Assembly (NCBI RefSeq): GCF_026210795.1
Contig: NC_089430.1
Location: 2,790,001 to 2,854,000 of the forward strand
DNA from: Rhizophagus irregularis
Taxonomy: Eukaryota
Length of the DNA stretch: 64,000 nt
Reading direction: 5' to 3'
In this document: positions 1 to 12,239 of the stretch, piece after piece
How positions within the stretch are numbered: the first letter of the stretch is position 1
Layout: each line of letters starts with the position of its first letter
Made by a program: the position numbers and the translations under genes
Notes under the pieces: generated by a model
Told to the model about the DNA's origin: nothing
Seen by the model: only the letters and a program-made list of their open reading frames with translations
The model's database searches: none

Positions 1-140
1 TATGCTATTTTGAAGTTAGCAGATTTACAATTGTTCAAATTTCAGTTTTGGATACATTTTCTTTTATTTATATACTGTACATATAAATTTATTCACTACG
101 TGTCATTTGTGCAAAAACATTATCATCTCTAGTAATAATA

Positions 141-1613
141 TTATTCATATACTTTTTCATTAGCCTCACTTGAAGCACTAATATATCGCGGAAATACTTT
201 TGCAAGTGTATATATTTTTGCATCTGAAGAATTCAACTTAGTTCCAATGAGAGGAAAGTAGCATATATCTACGCGTAATTTATCAATTTCATCATCATTC
301 CATGCTCCTTTCATCAAATTTGGATTAATCATATCATTTTCAAAAAATTCACATTCTAATTTTGGTTCTTGAACATTTATGCGAAACCACAACAATTTAA
401 AAATATCTTGAATAAGTTTTGGTGCCATTGCATCAACTTGTTTTTTTCTATTAAGATCATTGATTTTACGATAATTATTCATCATTTTATTGAGTTCGTT
501 GCTAACATGAGCTATAAAGTCATGCATTCGCATATTTCCATCATTATCGATTATATTGTTAAATCCACGATTACCAAGAATTCCATAAACTTGTTGACGT
601 ATTTTTATTATTGATGCACCAGTAACCTCATCAGTACCGGCACGAGTTGTTAAGAATAGCTTGATTAATTCTAATAATTCTGTTGCTTTTGATTCGACAT
701 CTGATTCAAGTTTAGAGTTTCCACATTGGAATTTAAAAAACTCATGAGAAAACTCGCATATTAAATCTAACACCTTACGTTGTAAAATAGCTTTAATAAA
801 GATCTTATTTGAATTGTTTGCGGTAATTTCATTTAAACAACCATATTCTTGTGCAAGTTCTTGTACTTTTTTAATATTAATATTCATATTAGGTTTCAAA
901 TGAGTTACGTAATTTTCCAATATGTTCTGCAATTTTAAGATATCATTTTTTAATTTAACCGAATGATTTAGATCGCCATCACTAAGGAAAATATTTGTTG
1001 CAACACCAAGTGCTGATTGATATTTAGATGCCTCTTCTTTAAGTCTGGCATTTTCGTCTTCTAGATCGCGTGAACCATTTCCTTTCTCATCTAAATTTTG
1101 TCTTATATAGTTAATATTCTTCTTGTATTTTTCATGTGCTTGCTTAAATTCTTGCTGAAATTTTATTCTTTGATCTCTTAATTGCTGTTCTAAATTTTTG
1201 ATACAACTTTCCATATATCTTTCCGTATTTTTTTTTGACGATTCTAACTCATTATAACGACCATTTAATTGATTTATATCTCGTTGATAATTTTCTTCTA
1301 AAATTTTTAATTTTGAGTCGAGTTCTTGTTTTTCTTTCTGATTTTTTTCAATTATAAAATTATTTTTTTTTCTTTCCTGCAACAAATCATCTTCAAGTTT
1401 TTGAACCTTTACTTCTAACTCATAATTGTTTTCTTTCATCCTATTAAATTTTACTGTTATTTCAGATAGTTCTTTTTCACATTTTGTTAGTTCTTGTTTG
1501 TAAACATCGCTATAATCATTCAAACTTGATTGAGAAGGATATTCGTCATCTTCAGCTTGATTATTTCGAACGTTATGTTTTATTTTTTGATGTTTGTTTC
1601 GGTAAAAATTCAT
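141..1613 (-). CDS. Coiled-coil protein with conserved C-terminal domain (Mieap/GIL1-IRKI-like); paralog A
   Basis: Uninterrupted 490-aa ORF. E/K/Q-rich N-half. The C-terminal ~300 aa are highly similar to 4127..5776 (e.g. EASKYQSALGVATN, IRQQVYGILGNRGF). The tail pattern W-F-R-x-N-V-Q-E-P...V-D-I-C-Y-F-P-L...A-K-V resembles Mieap/GIL1-type domains (by eye). Confidence 0.85.
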   Translation of the reverse strand: MNFYRNKHQKIKHNVRNNQAEDDEYPSQSSLNDYSDVYKQELTKCEKELSEITVKFNRMKENNYELEVKVQKLEDDLLQERKKNNFIIEKNQKEKQELDSKLKILEENYQRDINQLNGRYNELESSKKNTERYMESCIKNLEQQLRDQRIKFQQEFKQAHEKYKKNINYIRQNLDEKGNGSRDLEDENARLKEEASKYQSALGVATNIFLSDGDLNHSVKLKNDILKLQNILENYVTHLKPNMNINIKKVQELAQEYGCLNEITANNSNKIFIKAILQRKVLDLICEFSHEFFKFQCGNSKLESDVESKATELLELIKLFLTTRAGTDEVTGASIIKIRQQVYGILGNRGFNNIIDNDGNMRMHDFIAHVSNELNKMMNNYRKINDLNRKKQVDAMAPKLIQDIFKLLWFRINVQEPKLECEFFENDMINPNLMKGAWNDDEIDKLRVDICYFPLIGTKLNSSDAKIYTLAKVFPRYISASSEANEKVYE

Positions 1614-4126
1614 TTTAATGAAAACTAGACTAATTATAATTTTTTTTTTTAACAGATAATGTTATTCATTTTACGGTGTGACAAAAAAAACCGGAAAATT
1701 TCTCACATGACATAAATTTGTTTGCATACTCACGTGCGTTTACGACGTCCCATAAATAGAATTTTTGTACGAAATATTGTCGATTAACAAGTAATTTTCT
1801 TTTTCTTCAAAATATTAATAGCAGAACTTCCTATTTTACCACAAATAAATTCAATAAACCCATTCGTTGAGTTATTTCACTTATTAATTTGTCGTTGTCT
1901 AATAATTCTCGCGTTTTTGGATCTACTGTGCCACCACTACATGAAAATAAAAAAATAAATTTTTTGATTACATATGAATATATGAATTGCAATATAAAAA
2001 TCATATTAACTTCTCGAATTCAATCAATAATCTCTCCAGCTTCAGCTTTAAATTAAGTATTGGGAGCATTATTATTATCGACAATTTGATTCTGACCCGA
2101 AGTAAAATAGGTCGATTTGACTGGTTACTAACGTCCTTAAATTCTTAATATTTTCCCTTTCGATCAAATTTGCAATAATAACGCACTCACTCATTATTAT
2201 CGTAATCTTATTATTATCGAATTTAGTAGGAACATTTAAAAGAAAAATAAAGAAAAATAAGAATTAAATTACTAAATAATTTTTTGTTAACTAATTTTTT
2301 TTTAAAAAAAAAGTATCTTTTTTTACCGTAATTACAATCATAACTGCTACACTACATCATACAAGTGACTATTTATTCCTTTTTAAATATCTTCACCTAA
2401 TTCATCTTTTGATGCACCTTGTAAAACGTGGCTTACTTCCTAAGAAATGTAATTTAAACAATTCAATTGGGTTTGACAAAGGTCACAAAGATCTTCCTCT
2501 TAGTTTTGCTGCTAGTGCCGATAATTCCCATGATATTACTCTTGTGTAGGGAACTAGGAGACATTATAATGACAGTTGGTGTCTTTAAAGATGTTCAGCC
2601 GTTCTTCGTTCTTTCGGTCTTATTCGGTCTTTATAGAAAAATCTCTCTGAAATTTTTATGCCGCAGCGGGATTGGCAAAGTCCGATAACTGGCAAAATTG
2701 GCCTCTATTCTGCTTTTTTTAAAGCTAGCAGAGACCAAATTAGCTAAAGATCGAAAAAAAATAGATTTTGGTCATAAAAACTAATCTAGTCTTGAATTGG
2801 CTGATTGGATTAAACCCAAATTTTGCCACTTTTCAGTCCTTAACCAATTCTACTGCGCCCAAAAATTTAGAGGCGCAACTTCGTTACTTTTTCAAAAAAA
2901 TTTCCAAAGACCGGCCAGGACCGTTTAAGACCGCAGGACCGAGTCATTTATCAGGCAATTAAAATATCTTGTTAAATAGTAAATATTATTACGGAATAAC
3001 ATAACGTAAGTGTGAATTTTTTTTTGCCACATTTTTTTGCACCAATGTCAACTTTAGAAACTTACTCATAGACAACACAATTAACAAAAAAAAAATTTTA
3101 GTTCCATTGATAAGCCATCACTTTATTATTTTGTTATTGTATAAATAAAAAATGAGCGTAAATTTACGTATTATCAACCATATCAATGAATTGATTATAA
3201 ACCATTATGGGTAAAATTTTATGATTGTGACTAACTTAAAATATTCGTTATTGTTTCTATATACGATTGCCAAATCCAAAGTGGCAATTAATCAAATAAT
3301 AATTTGTATAAAACAAGTTTATTCCTGTCAACTATGGTTTTTATCATAGATTGTACGATTTTTAATCATTTTAATCCTTTTAGCCCTTTAAATGAAGTTT
3401 CTCTTTTAATTTTTGAATGAAGGTTCAATGATGTATGAATGAATATGTGATATAATCAATTGACGAAAAAGTGTTGGTGATTATTGCAAAAGTTCTGCTT
3501 GATTATTTAAGGAAAAAACTCGATGATCATTATGGACAATAAATATATGGTTGAAGAATTTTTATCAAAACCAATTTACAAGAGACGATTCCACTAAAAT
3601 GGCTCTTATATACAATACGTGATATGAGATGTTTGATCCGGTCGTAAAAGAAAAAAATATTACATGATTTGTGTTCAATTTGATAATTGTTATGAAAAAG
3701 GTCCTACAGTAAATGTCCTACAATGTTATTAATCGGAGATTTCAATGAATTTTTGATCATCACGAAGATCACTATGACAGCTGTTTTTCGTGACGCAAAG
3801 TAAAATTTGCTTGAGACCTGGAGATGCTTTTATTTTGTCAGAAGAGCAAAGAAAGAAACAGTTAAAATTGGCAAAGTATTTAAATTTTTCGAATATTTGA
3901 AATAGGTTTACGCCTTTTTAGACTGCATTTAGCAATAAATAAAGTTGTGAATCGATACAAATAAACATTATTATCTTTATTTCATTTTCATCTTAAATTC
4001 AATAGAATTTTATTTCATTTTACATACTGTACGTATATACTATATTTATTCATTACATAAAAATAAAATTTACCTTTTGCGCAAAAATGTTATCATCTCT
4101 AGTAACAATATTGTTCGTATGCTTAT

Positions 4127-5776
4127 TCACCAGATCTCTCGCGGAAATACTTTTGCAGGTGTATATATTCTTGCGTCTGAAGAATCAAAATCTCGTCCAA
4201 CCAGAGGAAAGTAGCATATGTCTACGCGTAATTTATTGATTTCATCATCATCATTCCACGTTCCTTTCATCATATTTGGATCAATTATACAGTTACTTTT
4301 AAAATATTCAATTTTTATTTCTGGCTCTTGAACATTTGTGCGAAACCAAAATAATTTGAAAATATCTTGAATAAGTTTTGGCGCCATTGCATCAATTTGT
4401 TTTTTTCTATTAATATCGTTGATTTCACGATATTGATTCATCATTTTATTGAGTTCGTTGCTAAAATGAGCTATAAAGTCATGCATTCGCATATTTCCAT
4501 CATTATCGATTATATTGTTAAATCCACGATTACCAAGAATTCCATAAACTTGTTGACGTATTTTTACTATCGAAGCATCAATGACCCCATCAGTTCCTGC
4601 ACGAGTTGTTGAGAATAACTTGATTAGATTCAATAATTCTTTTGCTTTTGAATCGATATCAGATTCGAGTTTATAGTTTCCATCTCGGAATTTAACAAAT
4701 TCATTAGAAAACTCGCATACTAAGTCTAACACCTTACGTTGTAAAACAGCTTTAATGAAAAGCTTATTTGGATTTTTTGCAGTAATTTCATTTATACAAC
4801 CATATTCTCGCGCAAGTTCTTGTACTTTTTTAATATTAATTTTCATATTAGGTTTCAAATGAGTTACGTAATTTTCCAATGTGGTTTGCAATTTTAAGAT
4901 ATCTTGTTTTAATTTAACCGAATGATTTTGATCACCATCGCCAAGACGAATATTTGTTGCAACACCAAGCGCCGATTGATATTTAGATGCTTCTTCTTTC
5001 AGTTTTAAATTTTTTTCTTCTAATTCACGCAAACCATTTCCCTTCTCATCTAATTTTTGTCTTATATCACTAATATTTTTCTTATGTTTTTCGTTCGCTT
5101 GCTTAAACTGTAGTTTAAAATTTTTTTCTTGATCTCTTAATTGTTGATCTAAATTAATGATATTACTTTCCATATTTGTTTCCATATTTTTTTTTGCTAG
5201 TTGTAACTCATCATAACGTTCCTTTAACTGATTGAAATTTTGTTGATACCATTTTTCTGTTTCTTCTACATTTTTTTTTAATTTTAAGTCGAATTTTCGC
5301 CTTTCTTCATCCAGTTGTCTTTCGTATTCTCTCTTAATTGTTCCTTTTGAGCTTTGAATATTTCGTTTCTCCTTAGATAATTCACCTTCAAGATTTTGGA
5401 CTTTTGCTTCTAATGCTTTTATTTGTGAGTTGGATTTTCGCCTTTCTTCTTCCAATCGTCTTTCGTATTCTCTCTTAATTGTTTCTCTTGAATTTTGAAT
5501 ATTTCGTTTTTCCTTATTAGACAATTCACGTTCAAGATTTTTGACTTTTGATTCTAAGTTTTTTGATTTTAAGTCAAATTTTTGTTTTTCTTCTTTTAAT
5601 TGTTCCTCGTATTCTTTAACTTTTTCTTCTAGCTTACGTTTCATTTTATTAAATTCTACTTTTGTTTCATTTAGTTCATTTTGACTTTTTGTTAATTCTT
5701 GTTTGTAAAATTTGCTATAATCTGATTGAGAATTATGTTCGTTGATTTTTTCTTTATGTTTTCCATAGCAACTCAT
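4127..5776 (-). CDS. Coiled-coil protein, tandem paralog B of 141..1613
   Basis: Uninterrupted 549-aa ORF. DNA similarity to paralog A continues ~100 nt past the stop. Carries an internal ~47-aa duplication (KEKRNIQ.S..TIKREYER.L.EERRK twice). Confidence 0.85.
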   Translation of the reverse strand: MSCYGKHKEKINEHNSQSDYSKFYKQELTKSQNELNETKVEFNKMKRKLEEKVKEYEEQLKEEKQKFDLKSKNLESKVKNLERELSNKEKRNIQNSRETIKREYERRLEEERRKSNSQIKALEAKVQNLEGELSKEKRNIQSSKGTIKREYERQLDEERRKFDLKLKKNVEETEKWYQQNFNQLKERYDELQLAKKNMETNMESNIINLDQQLRDQEKNFKLQFKQANEKHKKNISDIRQKLDEKGNGLRELEEKNLKLKEEASKYQSALGVATNIRLGDGDQNHSVKLKQDILKLQTTLENYVTHLKPNMKINIKKVQELAREYGCINEITAKNPNKLFIKAVLQRKVLDLVCEFSNEFVKFRDGNYKLESDIDSKAKELLNLIKLFSTTRAGTDGVIDASIVKIRQQVYGILGNRGFNNIIDNDGNMRMHDFIAHFSNELNKMMNQYREINDINRKKQIDAMAPKLIQDIFKLFWFRTNVQEPEIKIEYFKSNCIIDPNMMKGTWNDDDEINKLRVDICYFPLVGRDFDSSDARIYTPAKVFPREIW

Positions 5777-6304
5777 TTTTAACGAAAAATATTCGTCTAA
5801 TTAATTATAAATTTTCAACTTTTATTTTTTATGAAATTTTTTTTTTAAAAAAAAAGAATAATCATTCACTCATATATAAAGTAATGTGATAATTAAAATT
5901 ATATCACTAATTCAACAGGTCAAATAACAGGTTTGATTTTTTTTTGATTTTGTCATTCATACATAATTCATATACCGTGTGAAAATGATCCTGAATTAAC
6001 AGGTTTTGTTTCATTACACTTTTACTCCTCCCCTTATTCCATTTTAAATATAGCCTTATCCAATTTCATCAATCATAAAAAAAGTGTACAAAAAAAAAAT
6101 TTCATTACGTGCATGTTATATAAACGCACTTTCCTTGATATCTATTGTTTTGTACAGTTTTCAAGAAGTAATATTTCAATAGGTTTTTAATTTCTATTTT
6201 AATTGATTATTTTACTGAATTTCTCGTTAAACGTATTGTCATTTCTATGGTTTAATAGATCAAATATTATTCGAAGAAAATTATATTGTACATCAAACGC
6301 TCAA

Positions 6305-6940
6305 ATGGACGTTGACCTTTGCTTCGTTATGGACTGCACCGGTTCTATGGGAAGCTACATTGAAGGTGTCAAGAATTCTATCAAAAAAGTGGTAGATTAC
6401 ATGGCAAATATGGAACCAGCAATTAGAATTCGGATCGGTTTCTGTGGCTACCGTGATCATTGTGATGGCTCAAATCGCTTGCAGATTTTTGACTTCACCA
6501 ATTCTCCCGAAAATTTCAAAAATAGCTTATCGGGTGTTTCAGCTTCAGGCGGTGGAGATACTCCAGAAGATGTCTTAGGCGGTCTTGACGCAGCCGTATC
6601 TAGAATGACATGGAGAAATGATATTCGCGTCCTTTTACATATCGGTGACTGTCCGCCACATGGCCGTCGTTTCACTTATACAGATGATAATTATCCGGAT
6701 GGAGACCCAAATGGTCTAACTGCAGAAGGTGTACTAGGAGAAATGCAGTCGGCAAAAATTTCTTACTTTTTCGGGGAGATTACGGGATTAACCAAAACGA
6801 TGATTAGTGAATTTAAAAACATAATTGGAGAGTTTAATGTGTTTGATTTCAGGAGCACTCCAGACACGGAGGGATTAGTAGAAAAATTTTTTGATGCTAC
6901 TTGTTCGGCTATCAATACTGCTATCACATTAAGAGAATAA
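6305..6940 (+). CDS. Stand-alone von Willebrand factor A (vWA) domain protein, similar to the vWA domain of vwkA-type alpha-kinases
   Basis: First ATG at 6305 (MDVDLCFVMDCTGSMG). MIDAS-type DxTxS motif, plus GYRDH, GGGDTPED and HIGDCPPHG. No kinase domain follows before the stop. Confidence 0.85.
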   Translation: MDVDLCFVMDCTGSMGSYIEGVKNSIKKVVDYMANMEPAIRIRIGFCGYRDHCDGSNRLQIFDFTNSPENFKNSLSGVSASGGGDTPEDVLGGLDAAVSRMTWRNDIRVLLHIGDCPPHGRRFTYTDDNYPDGDPNGLTAEGVLGEMQSAKISYFFGEITGLTKTMISEFKNIIGEFNVFDFRSTPDTEGLVEKFFDATCSAINTAITLRE

Positions 6941-7570
6941 TAGTGTTTGTTTTACCAATAATTCAAATTTTTTATACAAAGTTTAATTTTATTAAAATTA
7001 TTATTTTATATGAAATGAGAGATTAATTGAGTATTGCTAAATATCACCACTGGTGATTGTCACCTTACCAGAATTAGAGTATAATTTCGGGTAGAATTAA
7101 AAATATCATGAAACTCCGCCCACTAATATTCGCTGGTGCGGTGATGATCATCTCGCGGTAATTTTTTGACATTTTCTAATTATATTAAAAAATTTTTTGA
7201 CGAAATTTTTTTAATTCATCAAAATTAAATTTATCGCGGCATATGAAATGTCTATCCATAATTGCTTTATAAAATGAACTGATTTAGAATACTACACTTA
7301 AGACAGTTTAAAGAGTGAAATATATGAAATTTTAGGATTGAAGAAAAAAATGTTTCGCATAATAATCGCGCTTTCATAGTTTTTGCTGATCCCGACTATA
7401 TAATAATAATAGCTAGAGATTCTGTATTAGATGCTATAATTATCATAAATAAATAAAAATTGAAAATATAATAACACAAAATTTTCACACACATAAATTA
7501 TTCCATAAATAAAAAATATGAAAGAAATTAAAAAAAAATTACTAACATTTGCTAAGTAACATCACAAGGT

Positions 7571-9466
7571 TTATTTATCCAATTTTAATACTATTATCTT
7601 TAACTTCATTATTTTTATTTTCAGTTTCGTTACTTTTATCTCCTTAATATCTACAGAAAATCCAAGTTCAACTTGATCGCTTGACAACAAACTATCGACT
7701 AAATTAAAATATTAGAATAAATAACGTAACTTTTTTTTAAGAATATGAACATATTATAATACCATTTATATAGTAAGTATACTTACTATTATCGGGTATA
7801 TTAAAATCATAAGGTTTGCTATGAAATGCTATTAAAAATAAATTAATTTTAAAGTTTAACTGCTAATTAAAAAAGTTATAAACAGTAATTATACTGTAAT
7901 AATCATATATTTACCTTCTTGTTCTTCTATTTATTTAAATCGGTATTAATAATAAAGAATTAATATTTATTTTACAGCAAATAAGCTATCCTGAATTCAT
8001 AACTTACCCTCAGTCGCATTTCTTGGTTCTGGTAAATTTCCGAACTGATAAAGTTTACTAGTTGATAATAAATGTAGATTAGAACTTGAATTTGAATTGA
8101 CTTGAGAAATTTGAGAAGAATTATATTCTAAAGTATTAAATTCATTTGCATTATCATTATTGTATGAATCTTCCCGCATTTTTTGAATTTCATCGAAAAG
8201 AGTAGCCGCATCAGGTCTTTTTGATGGATTGGCGTCCCAGCATTGTTTCATTATTTCTTTATATTTTGATGGGACTCCTGATCCAATTTTTGGTCTCATA
8301 CCATTAACTATTTTCATTGCAAGATCATAATTATGTTCGTAAGTATTAAAAGGTGATTGTCCTGATGAAATTTCCCACATAAGTATACCAAAACTATAAA
8401 CATCAGATGCAAAAGTATATTCTTTTCCAAATATAACCTCGGGTGCTATATAAGGAAGATTTCCATATATACTTTTTAATGGTTTATCAGCAGGTCCACA
8501 AAATCCAAAATCACCTATATACCAAAAATCATTATATTGTGAACATAAAATATTTCCAGAATGTAAATCTCGATGAACCGCTCCATCATAATGAATTCTA
8601 TAAAGTGCATAAATTATACCATAAGCTACATTTATTTTTTCTTTCCATGTACGTTGATACTCTAAATATTTTCTTAAATCTATATCCATTAAACGCATTA
8701 CAAGCATATAAACTTTATTTATTGGATCTTGAGTTAAACCATAACATCTGACAAATTCTCCATATTTGTTACTTAATGTTAAATGTGATTTTGCCTATAA
8801 AAAATTTTAAAAACAATGAAAACAATGTATTACACATTTAAAATTTATAAATTAGAATTTTATTAAAGTTATTACCTCTTCAAACCAGCTTCTATTAGCA
8901 TTTTCAATATTTTCCAATTTTTTAAGTATTACTTCAAATGTTCCTGTTCTTTTTAATTGTTGTTTTTTGGAGTTCCATTTAATGTATTTTCCATCGATCC
9001 AATTTGCTGAATAAATTTCTGAGCATCCACCTCTGGCCCTATATTTAATATTTTGTAAATTATTGTATGGTATCCATTCAATTATGTTATTTGGGCGAAA
9101 TGATTCAATTTGACATTTTTGTATTAAATAATCAACATTATTATTTCCAGATGTCCAATTTGAAAAATTATTTTTTAAATAAGTTCGGACGCAATGTTCA
9201 CAATATAATGTAGCCAAGCATTCCAAAGAACAATTTTCGCATAATCTTTTTGTTCCTTTATTACTTAAAACTTTAAAATAATCATAATCTTTTGTTATAA
9301 ATTTTATTGCTTTTGCTTTTTCATCTATTGTAAGTGATTCATCATCAAGAATTGTTTGTTTTACAAATTCATATCGTTTTATTACGTCATTGCGAATGTA
9401 AGAATCTGTTAATGCATCAGCTCTTTGAATTGCAGCAAAAACAAATTCTTGTCTTATATTAGTCAT
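7571..9466 (-). CDS. Tyrosine-kinase-like Ser/Thr protein kinase with N-terminal Cys-rich (CxxC...CxxC) region, 5 exons
   Basis: Exons 9466-8876, 8794-8008, 7926-7915, 7828-7787 and 7698-7571 are joined by GT-AG introns in one open frame. Motifs: ARGGCSEIY, ILKKL, RCYGLTQDP, HRDLHSGN, DFG, YIAPE, SDVYSFG, CWDANPSKRP. Confidence 0.9.
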
Positions 9467-12239
9467 GATAAAATTTAAATTTTAAAATTTTAAGGTAAGA
9501 AGTTTTTAATTTTAAAGTAAATAACGTATGGTTACGCTATTATAAATTTGTTATACAAAAGATAAAATAAAACATAACGTTAATCATAACGTATCTGAGT
9601 GATAGCCGATACCAAACAGTTACGCATCCATTAATTTTGTACATATAATAAATACTTGTTATTCCATAGATAACTAAATATTTACCGATACCTTAGAGAC
9701 CCCCAAGGGGGGGGGCATCGGTATATATATAAGTATTTCTTCAGAGCTAGAATTATAATAATACTGGCTACTTTCTAAAAAGGAAATAAATTACTGGTAT
9801 TATCTAAAAAAAAAACTGGTTTTTGAATTTTTAAATTTGGCTGAATTTGCTCTTTCTCTATTAGTAAAGTATAACTTGTTTTAGATGTGTCTGGGATACT
9901 TGTAAAATAGTATCTGACTAAGTAAGTTAAAAAAAGAGTAATGTCAGCTACCATGAAAAATGCATTATATGGTTTAGATGGTTAATTATAGTTAATATTA
10001 TAAAAATTTTTGCATCTCTACAATTATCTCTCATATATTAAAGCAATAGTAACTAATAAAATATTATAAACATTATCCTATTGGTATATATTACACACAA
10101 TGAGATAAGCCTAATAAAAGCTTTATATATATTATATATATATAATAGTTTATTATAAATTTACCATTTTATCTTCTTTTCTCTTGCTAAACTTAACAAC
10201 TAATCAAATTATAATATTTATAACTCATGATTTTATTAATTATAATTTAAAATTTTATTTTTTTTGCTGTCTATTATTTAGAAAAAAAAAATAGAAAGAA
10301 TAAATATACAAATAAAATTAATAACTTAATTTTAAAGAAATTAGAAGGAGTTATTTGAAACAAGTAATTTAATTGCTTTTTATTTTAGTTTTAAAATTAA
10401 AATAAATAAATAAAAAATTATTTATGCTATTTTAGTAATTTTCAGTAAATTTAAATTTATTTTTTATTTTAAATGAATAATACTATTTTTTGCCTTAAAT
10501 TTTGATTGGTTAATTATTAATATTATATAAAAAATTTATTTATATTTATATTTCATTTTAATTAGAAAAAAAAAATCTTACTTAATATAGACATTTACTG
10601 ATCAAGTGAAATGCCTTTTTATTGAATACAAACCTATTATAAAGAATATCACTTATATTGAAGGTAAATTTTTTTAAAAAAAACTTAATAAATAATTAAA
10701 AATTAATTTTTTTTATTTCTATTTATTTTACAATTAGTTATAGATTTCTAACAATGAAAACTTAATTTATAAAAATTATTAATTAAAATTAAGAAATATA
10801 TTTTAATAACAAATAAAAGGAATAGAAAAAATAAGGAATATAAATATAATAAATAAACAAAATAAAATAATAATTGCCAAAAAAAATTATTAATATAACA
10901 AATAATAAAATATAAAAAAATAAATCTCACTTTTCAGTTAACTATCAAAGCATATCAGAACTCTAGAAAATTTTCAGATAAATAAAAAAAAATTATGTAT
11001 CTTTTCTTTTTAGTTAGACTAATAATATATATTATATAATTATTAATTAAAATCTTATATTCCACTTAATAAAATCACATAATTTATAAATATTATATTA
11101 TTAAATCCAATAAGCAGTTAACTTTATAATAAATCTACAATTATATAACATATATTACTTTTTTTAATTTTAGTTAGTAATTGTCCAGAACGAAACGAAG
11201 GAAGATCAGCATGCATTTTAGTAATCCGGGTCCAAATAAAATTAATCTTGTAGCCCAATGTAAGCGTTTCATAATTCCAGGTGTAAACGATAATTTATAA
11301 ATTATCATGCTAATGTAGTAACATGTTGTATTTAGCTATCCCAAATTGATGTGATGTATGCAATCAACCATTTGCATCAAAGAAACCCTTTAGAACATAG
11401 TGTTCATACCAGAAGGCTAAATCGTGAAAGGAATGCTAAAAAAGCCATCTTCTAATCCCGGATCTGATTTCGAGGACTTATATGACTATGACGAAGGAAA
11501 TAAAGTTAGCTCCAGCCATTAATTACAAACGATTTAAAAGCCCTTAGTGAGGGGTTTGAGAACTTGTGGCGATGAAGATGGTAGTGTGCGGGGGCTGATA
11601 CTCCTTAGCATAAATAGAAATATTCTATCATGTAGCCGTGCGTTTTATGTGGTTATTGATCTAATCGCAAGAAATAACGCGATTGTAGCATGTCAAAGAG
11701 GGTTGCTAAAACAAACGATTCCGATTTGTACTTATTTTCATTAATAAAGCGAGGCTTTACATTTGCAAATATTTGAATAATTCCATTGTGTGAAACGTGC
11801 ATACCAAAATGCTAATATATTTTTTCGATTTGATGGAACTTTAATAAATGTGCAGTATCAATCGCCATGTATCACGGGAACAAGTCAGCTTTTTGCATGT
11901 ATTAATAATAAAAAAAACCCTTTGTTGATCCAGGGACACGATCCCATGATTTTAAGGAGTATCTGTTGATCTGATTTTTGTGATAAATCATATAAAACGT
12001 AATTTCCCCCAAAGATTTATTCTAAAAATCGATCCTTAAACGCACTACAAATCTTATAAAAAGGTGAGGACTTATTTGGTGAATCCTTTTATCCGCCTTG
12101 TGTAAGTAAAGCAAAAAAGGATCAAAAGAAATATTCAAACTTACCACTATTAACATCAACAATATCAACAATCAATCAAATGAGTATATTCCGCAAAGTA
12201 ATAGCGAAGTTGGTTTGTTTGATTTCTTGACTTGATTCT

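Noticed and set aside
369..614. Paired 81-aa plus-strand ORFs (369..614 and 4367..4612)
   Set aside because: Antisense shadows of the duplicated minus-strand genes, with TTG starts.
2571..2945. GC-richer island with weak inverted ends, and ORFs 2467 and 2768
   Set aside because: Probably an old MITE, but the TIR match is poor and there is no TSD. The ORFs have no recognisable motifs.
7043..7161. Degenerate inverted-repeat mini-element (a similar case lies at ~62480-62755)
   Set aside because: The arms are only loosely similar and no TSD could be read.
9679..11170. Short ACCGAT...ATCGGT hairpin followed by an extremely AT-rich tract
   Set aside because: Likely an eroded transposon; no second terminus or coding motif could be supported.
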